Below, piece by piece: positions 16,130 to 21,351 of a DNA stretch of 21,351 nt. Position 1 is the first letter of the stretch. Every line of letters starts with the position of its first letter. Source of the stretch: a virus; the IMG/VR virus record IMGVR_UViG_3300017814_000184. The stretch is one strand, 5' to 3'. The notes beneath the pieces were generated by a model. It saw nothing but the letters and a program-made list of their open reading frames with translations. It was not told where the DNA came from and made no database searches. Made by a program: the position numbers and the translations under genes.

Positions 16130-17179
16130 TTACTCCTCCCAGGGGAGGCCAGTCTTTCCGAAATGTCCGTAGGAACTGACCTCGTTGTAATCCACATCCA
16201 GCAAGCCGAGTCTTTCAATGATACCTCTCGGTGTGAGGTCATACGAACCACGGATGTAGTCGATGATGGCACCAACAGGGATATGCTCTGTCTGGAAGCA
16301 GTCAACAGCCAGGGACACGGGAGCCGCAACGCCAATCGCATAGGCAAGCTGAACCTCGCACTTGTCGGCGTAACCCACAGCCACGACGTCCCGCGCAATC
16401 TTTCTCGCCATGTAGGCACCAGAGCGGTCAACCTTGGTGGGGTCTTTGCCGGAGAACGCACCGCCACCATGACGGCACATACCGCCGTAGGTGTCAGCTA
16501 TGATTTTCCTACCTGTCAGCCCAGTGTCCGCAAAGGAGGAACCGATGACAAAACGGCCAGTCGGGTTGACCAGCCGCTCGAAGTCGGTGTTCAAATCATA
16601 GTCCTGCGCGGAGGTTTCCATGACAGCTTCGACCAAGGGACGGATGTCCTCGACCATCGTGTCCTCACGGTGTTGTGTGCTTATGAGGAAGGTGGTAATC
16701 CGATGCTGGTCATAGTCAAAGGTAACCTGTGCCTTGGCATCGGGCAGAAGTCTTGGCTCGTTCAGTTCCCGCAGCAATCGCAGCGCATGGGTGGCGACCG
16801 CAAACGGGATAGGCAGCAGTTCGGGTGTTTCGTTGGAAGCATAGCCGAACATCATGCCCTGGTCACCAGCACCTTGATTGCCGTCCACACCAAGGGCAAT
16901 GTCGGCACTCTGCTTGCTTACAAGCACAGTCAGCCGATATTGCTCGGCGTTGGGGAGACCAATGCGGGAAAGCACATCCTTTACCAAGGCCGAATAGTCC
17001 GGCTCGTGATTGCTGGTGATTTCGCCCGCAATGGTGATGTCGTAATCCTTGATAAGGCACTCCGCAGCCACACGGCTGTTTTTATCATGACGGAGACAGT
17101 CTGTAACAATGGCATCGGAGATTTGGTCGCAGATTTTGTCGGGGTGTCCGCATGACACCTGTTCGCTTGTAAATATCAT
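16130..17179 (-). CDS. metK: S-adenosylmethionine synthetase
   Basis: FTSEQVSCGHPDKICDQISD, GAGDQG, GLTGRKII and GGGAFSGKDPTKVDRS signatures; ATG at 17179 after GAAAGGAG. Confidence 0.96.
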   Translation of the reverse strand: MIFTSEQVSCGHPDKICDQISDAIVTDCLRHDKNSRVAAECLIKDYDITIAGEITSNHEPDYSALVKDVLSRIGLPNAEQYRLTVLVSKQSADIALGVDGNQGAGDQGMMFGYASNETPELLPIPFAVATHALRLLRELNEPRLLPDAKAQVTFDYDQHRITTFLISTQHREDTMVEDIRPLVEAVMETSAQDYDLNTDFERLVNPTGRFVIGSSFADTGLTGRKIIADTYGGMCRHGGGAFSGKDPTKVDRSGAYMARKIARDVVAVGYADKCEVQLAYAIGVAAPVSLAVDCFQTEHIPVGAIIDYIRGSYDLTPRGIIERLGLLDVDYNEVSSYGHFGKTGLPWEE

Positions 17180-17186
17180 ATTCGCG

Positions 17187-17233
17187 CTCCTTTCGTATGT
17201 ACGAGCGGTGGAAAGGATGAAAGCACCGCCCGT
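17187..17233 (-). promoter_or_regulatory. Candidate RBS-sequestering pseudoknot in metK leader
   Basis: 10-bp stem 17233-24/17210-01; loop segment UCCUUUC (17217-11) is complementary to the RBS GAAAGGA (17194-88). Confidence 0.5.
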
Positions 17234-17235
17234 CC

Positions 17236-17271
17236 AAAAAGAAAAGAGCCGGAGGATTGCTCCTCGGCTCT
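17236..17271 (-). terminator. Terminator-like hairpin in the late leader
   Basis: mRNA AGAGCCGAGGA-GCAA-UCCUCCGGCUCU followed by UUUCUUUUU. Confidence 0.65.
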
Positions 17272-17285
17272 CGTTCCTATCTTGG

Positions 17286-17340
17286 CAAGTATAATAATAA
17301 CACACCCGAAAATAAAAAACAGTATCACCTTAGTACCATC
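17286..17340 (-). promoter_or_regulatory. Putative activator-dependent late promoter
   Basis: TATACT -10-like hexamer (17293-17288), no good -35, short imperfect direct repeat GGTACT..GATACT upstream; lies at the head of the metK-HNH-morphogenesis genes. Confidence 0.4.
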
Positions 17341-17357
17341 TTTTTTCAATTTACAAC

Positions 17358-17432
17358 ACTTTAGCGTTAGGTCTAATTCTTATGTGGCTGTTTGAATGAT
17401 TTCTCCTCGGATATACTAACTTTAGCGTTAGT
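17358..17432 (+). promoter_or_regulatory. Direct-repeat operator-like sites upstream of XRE gene
   Basis: ACTTTAGCGTTAG at 17358-17370 and 17419-17431; the second sits in palindrome ACTAAC-N6-GTTAGT overlapping TATACT (17412-17417). Confidence 0.55.
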
Positions 17433-17457
17433 TGTAATCTTAAAGGAGGTGTTGCGA

Positions 17458-17775
17458 ATGAATGCAAAAGCGTTTGGTGAACGGCTCAAGGCAGTCCGTG
17501 AGGCAAAAGGAATGACACAAGAACAGCTTTCTGCCCTGGTTGATATTGGCCCGAACCATCTCAGCGCACTGGAGCGTGGTGTAAAGCTGCCCAGGTTAGA
17601 AACTTTTGTTGCCATCGCAAATGCCCTCGGTGTTTCTGCGGATATGCTGCTTTTTGAAGCGGTCAGTGAATCATATCAAGGAAAGGCCTGCGAATTGTCG
17701 GATTCCATTGCGGGACTGCCACCTAAAGATAGAACCCGCATTTTGAAAACCATCGAGGCAATTATTAAGGCATAA
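17458..17775 (+). CDS. XRE-family HTH transcriptional regulator
   Basis: GERLKAVREAKGMTQEQLS...LSALERG...IANALGVSADMLL; AAGGAGGT RBS before the ATG at 17458. Confidence 0.92.
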   Translation: MNAKAFGERLKAVREAKGMTQEQLSALVDIGPNHLSALERGVKLPRLETFVAIANALGVSADMLLFEAVSESYQGKACELSDSIAGLPPKDRTRILKTIEAIIKA

Positions 17776-17782
17776 AGGAAAG

Positions 17783-17803
17783 AGAGCCACTCGGCTCTTT
17801 TTT
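17783..17803 (+). terminator. Intrinsic terminator after XRE gene
   Basis: AGAGCC-ACTC-GGCTCT followed by a T-run. Confidence 0.7.
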
Positions 17804-17808
17804 CATTT

Positions 17809-17854
17809 TTCGACAAAATACTGCTATCATTCGACACGATAACCGTGGTATAGT
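17809..17854 (+). promoter_or_regulatory. Two Spo0A (0A) boxes plus extended -10
   Basis: TTCGACA (reverse complement of TGTCGAA) at 17809-17815 and 17830-17836, 21 bp apart; TGgTATAGT at 17846-17854. Confidence 0.65.
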
Positions 17855-17896
17855 AATGCTAAAGAATTAGTTACAATGCTACGGAGGTATAAAATA

Positions 17897-18127
17897 ATGA
17901 AGGACTTCAAGACGATCCTACAGGCAGTCGCCCGGAAAAATGGTGTCAGCACCGATACTGTTCTAAAGGAAATGCAGGAGGCTATTGATATTGGCTTTAA
18001 TGACCCCGACCCAGAGGTACAGGCCAAATGGAGAGAAATCCCGCGCAAGGGGGATAAGCCGACCCCGGAAGATGTGATTATGTATTATGCCACTCTGCTG
18101 AAGCCGACCACGGGCATCTTGCAGTAA
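17897..18127 (+). CDS. Truncated Spo0A C-terminal-domain-like protein (76 aa)
   Basis: AVARKNGVSTDTVLKEMQEAIDIGF...KPTPEDVI parallels the Spo0A HTH and KPTNSEFI end; no receiver domain; GGAGG RBS. Confidence 0.7.
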   Translation: MKDFKTILQAVARKNGVSTDTVLKEMQEAIDIGFNDPDPEVQAKWREIPRKGDKPTPEDVIMYYATLLKPTTGILQ

Positions 18128-18130
18128 ACG

Positions 18131-18168
18131 AAAGGCAGTCGACCAACCTAATGGTCGACTGCCTTTTT
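18131..18168. terminator. Likely bidirectional terminator between convergent genes
   Basis: 15-bp perfect inverted repeat AAAGGCAGTCGACCA/TGGTCGACTGCCTTT. Confidence 0.8.
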
Positions 18169-18533
18169 CAGTTATATGCCTCCACGGCACCAATCTGTAT
18201 CTGTAATGCACGGGTAATCTGCTCCATGACATGGGTATCGCTGACGGTGCCTTTGTACTCCCGAAGCTGGCACTTGTCGATGGCTTCGACCTGTTCAGCG
18301 AGAGCAAGGCTGTTCTTGCTCAGCCCGCTTCCGCTGCTGCGAGGGACAAACACATGGGTGGGCATAAACCGCTTTTTGTATGTCCGACCAGTAAGCGGTA
18401 CAACGGTAATGACGGGAGAATGCTCATTCGCTCGGTTATTGCTGATGACCATAGCAGGACGGACACCGCTCTGTTTGCAGCTATCGGTATCGGCTCCAAA
18501 ATCAACATAGTAAATATCTCCACGCTTGCACAT
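18168..18533 (-). CDS. PemK/MazF-family endoribonuclease
   Basis: KRGDIYYVDF...Q.GVRPAMVISN...N..SPVITVVPLT and S.ALAEQV..IDK motifs. Confidence 0.9.
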   Translation of the reverse strand: MCKRGDIYYVDFGADTDSCKQSGVRPAMVISNNRANEHSPVITVVPLTGRTYKKRFMPTHVFVPRSSGSGLSKNSLALAEQVEAIDKCQLREYKGTVSDTHVMEQITRALQIQIGAVEAYN

Positions 18534-18548
18534 AAAGGAACTCCTTTC

Positions 18549-19040
18549 TCAACTCAATAAGTAAGCGACCATTTTGTTCTCATGGTCATCGTATAATTTG
18601 GACAGTTCCGCAATGGCGGCTCGGCGTTGGCGGCTGACCGTCATTCGGCCAATGTGGTGGTGGGCTTCAATCTCATCCCAGGTCAGACCGTCAAAAAGCA
18701 TCGACCTCAACACCCTGCCCGGTTCGCCCTCCAGGGAACGGACGGCACTCTCAAAGAAGCGTAGCTCCTCGGCCAGTTCGAGGTATCTGCGGGTAAGGTA
18801 TTCATACCAGTCCCGATTGGCTTCTTCCATTCGCTCGTGGTAACTGAGCGCGATAGATTCGGGCTTGTTGGAAATATTGCTGGTCTGGACACGCTCTCCA
18901 TCCGGCTGACTGAAGTTCATGGATTCAATCATCTCATCCTCGGCGATGCCCTTGAAGTCCTTGATTTGCAGTTCGAGGCAACGAGCCTCCACTTTCATTT
19001 TGGAATATTCCTTTATCAGTTTTTCGACCCTTTCGCTCAT
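18549..19040 (-). CDS. ArpU/RinA-like phage transcriptional activator
   Basis: C-terminal sigma-region-4-like HTH (LTWDEIEAHHHIGRMTVSRQRRAAIAEL); position at the end of the replication module. Confidence 0.6.
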   Translation of the reverse strand: MSERVEKLIKEYSKMKVEARCLELQIKDFKGIAEDEMIESMNFSQPDGERVQTSNISNKPESIALSYHERMEEANRDWYEYLTRRYLELAEELRFFESAVRSLEGEPGRVLRSMLFDGLTWDEIEAHHHIGRMTVSRQRRAAIAELSKLYDDHENKMVAYLLS

Positions 19041-20386
19041 GCGGCACCTCCGATTCTGGCTTTAACAGCGGCAATCAGAGCGGACTGCCGAGTGTCCTTT
19101 AATTCAAGCGCCCGCATGACATCCTCGTCATGGGTGCCTTTTGTAATGATGTGGTGGATGACCACCGTGTGCTGCTGACCTTGGCGCCAAAGCCGCGCGT
19201 TCAACTGCTGATACAGTTCCAGCGACCAAGTCAAGCCAAACCACACAATGGTGGAGCCTCCCGCCTGGAGGTTCAGACCGTGGCCGGCAGATGCGGGGTG
19301 GATAAAAGCAACCTGTATCTTTCCGGCATTCCAATCATCAATGTCCTTGCTGGTGTCAATGCAGCGACCCGACTTGAACCGCTCCTGCAAGCGGGACAGG
19401 TCGTGCTTATACCAGTAGGCCACTAAGAGCGGTTTGCCGTTTGCGGCTTCGACCAAATCTTCAAGGGCATCAAGCTTGCGGTCATGGATATGAAGCACTT
19501 TGCGATTTTCGCCGTATACAGCACCGTCAGCCATTTGGAGCAGTTTGCCGGAGAGCGCAGCGGCATTGACGGCATCCAGTTCCTCGCCTTTAATGCTCAC
19601 CACCATGTCGCGGCAGAAATCATCATAAAGCCGCCGCTCCTTATCGCTCATGTGCACCTCGATGGTGTTAGCGATGCGCTCCGACATATCGAGGTAATCA
19701 ACCGCTTTCATGGAAATGCAGATGTCGGAGATGAGGCTGTAAATCGCATCCTCGGCGCCGTCCCTCGGTTTGTAGCTGTAGATAATTTCCCGGTTGCGCT
19801 TGTCCGGCTTGAAGAACCTCTCACGGTACCCTGTGATGAACCGTCCCAGGCGTTTGCCCATATCCAGCAGATACATCTCCGGCCATAAATCCATGAGCGA
19901 GTTCGGGGCGGGTGTGCCTGTCAGCCCAATGATCCGCTCGATTTGCGGCCGCACCCGTTTGAGGGCTTTGAAGCGGTCGGCCTTGTTGGATTTGAAGCTG
20001 GACAGTTCATCGATGATGACGGTATCGAAATCCCAGCTATGATTTTCCACCAGCCACGCCACATTCTCACGGTTGATGATGTAGATGTTGGCTGGTCGCT
20101 GAAGTGCGGCATCCCGCTCGGCTCTGCTGCCGAGAACCAGCGAAGCAGTCAGCCCGGTGAGGTGTTCCCATTTCGCCAGTTCCTTGGGCCAGGTGTCCTC
20201 GGCCACACGCTTGGGAGCAATCACCAGTATCCGATAGGACAGGAAGCTGTCGAGTGCCATGTCCCAAAGGGCGGTCAGCGTGATGATTGTTTTGCCGAGA
20301 CCCATGTCCAACATGAGGCAGCAGACCGGGTGGTCGAGAATGAAGTCGGTAGCAAACTTCTGGTAATTATGCGGTTTGTATTTCAT
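19037..20386 (-). CDS. SNF2-family helicase
   Basis: PHNYQ, DMGLGKT, IIDELS, GLTGTP, SAGHGLNLQ and QLNARLWRQGQ motifs; start MKYK at 20386. Confidence 0.93.
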   Translation of the reverse strand: MKYKPHNYQKFATDFILDHPVCCLMLDMGLGKTIITLTALWDMALDSFLSYRILVIAPKRVAEDTWPKELAKWEHLTGLTASLVLGSRAERDAALQRPANIYIINRENVAWLVENHSWDFDTVIIDELSSFKSNKADRFKALKRVRPQIERIIGLTGTPAPNSLMDLWPEMYLLDMGKRLGRFITGYRERFFKPDKRNREIIYSYKPRDGAEDAIYSLISDICISMKAVDYLDMSERIANTIEVHMSDKERRLYDDFCRDMVVSIKGEELDAVNAAALSGKLLQMADGAVYGENRKVLHIHDRKLDALEDLVEAANGKPLLVAYWYKHDLSRLQERFKSGRCIDTSKDIDDWNAGKIQVAFIHPASAGHGLNLQAGGSTIVWFGLTWSLELYQQLNARLWRQGQQHTVVIHHIITKGTHDEDVMRALELKDTRQSALIAAVKARIGGAA

Positions 20387-20648
20387 CCAGGACCCCTCCA
20401 ATCATTTCTTTGTTGTCCACGCAGTAGACCCGAAAGCCCAATGCTCGTAATTGTTCGGCGCGCCTTACCTGTAGGGGACGCATCTTTTTGCCGGGTGCTT
20501 TCAGTTCCACAAAAGCCAACCTCCCACCAGGGAACAAGACCAAACGGTCCGGCACCCCATCTAATCCGGGTGACACGAATTTGAGAGCGAACCCACCACG
20601 CTTTTTTGCCTCGGTGACAAGTTTTCGCTCGACTGTACTTTCACGCAA
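20367..20648 (-). CDS. VRR-NUC domain nuclease
   Basis: ESTVE...KFVSPG..GVPDR...FVELKAPG...PLQ PD-(D/E)xK pattern; TTG start. Confidence 0.9.
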   Translation of the reverse strand: MRESTVERKLVTEAKKRGGFALKFVSPGLDGVPDRLVLFPGGRLAFVELKAPGKKMRPLQVRRAEQLRALGFRVYCVDNKEMIGGVLDEIQTA

Positions 20649-20670
20649 AAGACCATCTCCTTTTTCTCTG

Positions 20671-20909
20671 TGTTCCCAGTTCTGTTCCTATCTGCAAAAA
20701 TCCCTTATGCGCGTATATGCGTATTGCGTGTTCTGTTTCTTTCTATTTCTTATATCTGTAATCTTTAATAAGAAAAGATAGGAACATAGGAACAAAACGC
20801 TGATTTCGCTTGTGGCAACTGCCTTTGTGGATGTTCCCCACATTGTTCCTAACGGATGGAAAGAAACGCTGGGAACAATATGCGTGTTCCTATCTCCGTT
20901 TTTTGTTCC
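20671..20909. repeat. Iteron cluster, putative replication origin
   Basis: Nine TGTTCC/GGAACA hexamers in both orientations around an AT-rich tract, immediately downstream of the replication gene. Confidence 0.7.
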
Positions 20910-20913
20910 CAGC

Positions 20914-21351
20914 TTAAGAACGGACAAAGGTCTTTTGCGGCCCATAAAGGGGGTAACGGGTCTTGCCATATTTGTTTTCCGTAGTTAGCTTCCAGCCCCC
21001 GACCTTCATGAGAATGGCTTCAATCTCATAGGAGTCTGTGCGCTTCAGATTTTGACGGTCTTTGCCGAAGCACTCACACCAGATTTCCATGATGCAAACC
21101 TTCTGACGGCGCACGGTGCCGGAAGTGGGCGCACCCTCAAACTCGCTACCGCCGAGGAAACCACGGCGTTGGTACAAATCCATGCTGTCCCACCCAGCGG
21201 GGAGCAAACGCTCAAGGTAATCCTGCACTATGCCTTCACGGTCATCGGTTTCCATTGCATCCTGCTGGGCTTTGTATGCCTGGGTGGCTGCTTCGCCCTT
21301 GAGGTACAGTTCCTCTCCGGCGCGGTAACGCTCGATGGCTTCAGCCCACAC
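20914..21351 (-). CDS. VirE/VapE-like replication protein, C-terminal part (starts beyond window)
   Basis: WAEA...Y..GE.LYL, VCIMEIWCECF and YGPQK.F motifs; synteny with VRR-NUC and SNF2. Confidence 0.8.
   Translation of the reverse strand: MWAEAIERYRAGEELYLKGEAATQAYKAQQDAMETDDREGIVQDYLERLLPAGWDSMDLYQRRGFLGGSEFEGAPTSGTVRRQKVCIMEIWCECFGKDRQNLKRTDSYEIEAILMKVGGWKLTTENKYGKTRYPLYGPQKTFVRS

Larger units (their letters stand above)
1..21351 (-). mobile_element. Temperate siphovirus-type phage/prophage, internal segment
   Basis: Contiguous replication, packaging, head and tail modules; no att site or integrase in window. Confidence 0.93.

Noticed and set aside
13571-17155. 412-aa and 521-aa plus-strand ORFs opposite the amino-MTase and HNH/metK
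   Set aside because: Mirror-frame ORFs without motifs; the 521-aa one also runs through the cos-like non-coding region.
17180-17305. Longer metK start, or a canonical SAM-I/SMK riboswitch
   Set aside because: MetK homology begins at MIFTSE; no SAM-I or SMK consensus is recognisable, so only the pseudoknot is reported.
9333-20909. CRISPR array, tRNA genes or DGR template/variable repeats
   Set aside because: Repeats are dispersed, non-coding and not regularly spaced; mismatches are not adenine-specific; no reverse transcriptase, cas gene or cloverleaf was seen.
20688-20969. 93-aa ORFs on either strand across the iteron region
   Set aside because: Overlap repeats and an AT-rich tract; better explained as non-coding origin.

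Overview
Central 21 kb of a temperate siphovirus-type (pro)phage of a Bacillota (probably Clostridia) host, almost entirely on the minus strand. In transcription order (right to left): end of a VirE/VapE-like replication protein, an iteron-rich putative origin, VRR-NUC nuclease, SNF2 helicase, ArpU/RinA-like activator and an orphan MazF. Next is an AT-rich plus-strand insert (XRE regulator; truncated Spo0A DNA-binding-domain gene behind two perfect 0A boxes), then a putative late promoter, SAM synthetase (metK), HNH endonuclease and a probable cos region. About 6.7 kb of cargo follows before the terminase: HTH/Zn protein, ParB-fused amino-MTase, C5-MTase, amidoligase with a paralog-like partner, gamma-glutamylcyclotransferase and small ORFs. 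The window ends with an HK97-type head module and tail genes up to the tape measure. Main unexplained signals: (1) a nested alternative-frame gene with its own RBS inside the C5-MTase, resembling a beta subunit; (2) an RBS-sequestering H-type pseudoknot in the metK leader (candidate SAM-responsive switch); (3) the 0A-box/mini-Spo0A/MazF module; (4) a thrice-repeated non-canonical promoter-like element heading the cargo cassettes; (5) a nested structured RNA between the amidoligase and GGCT genes. All family calls come from motif recognition by eye; no database searches were run.
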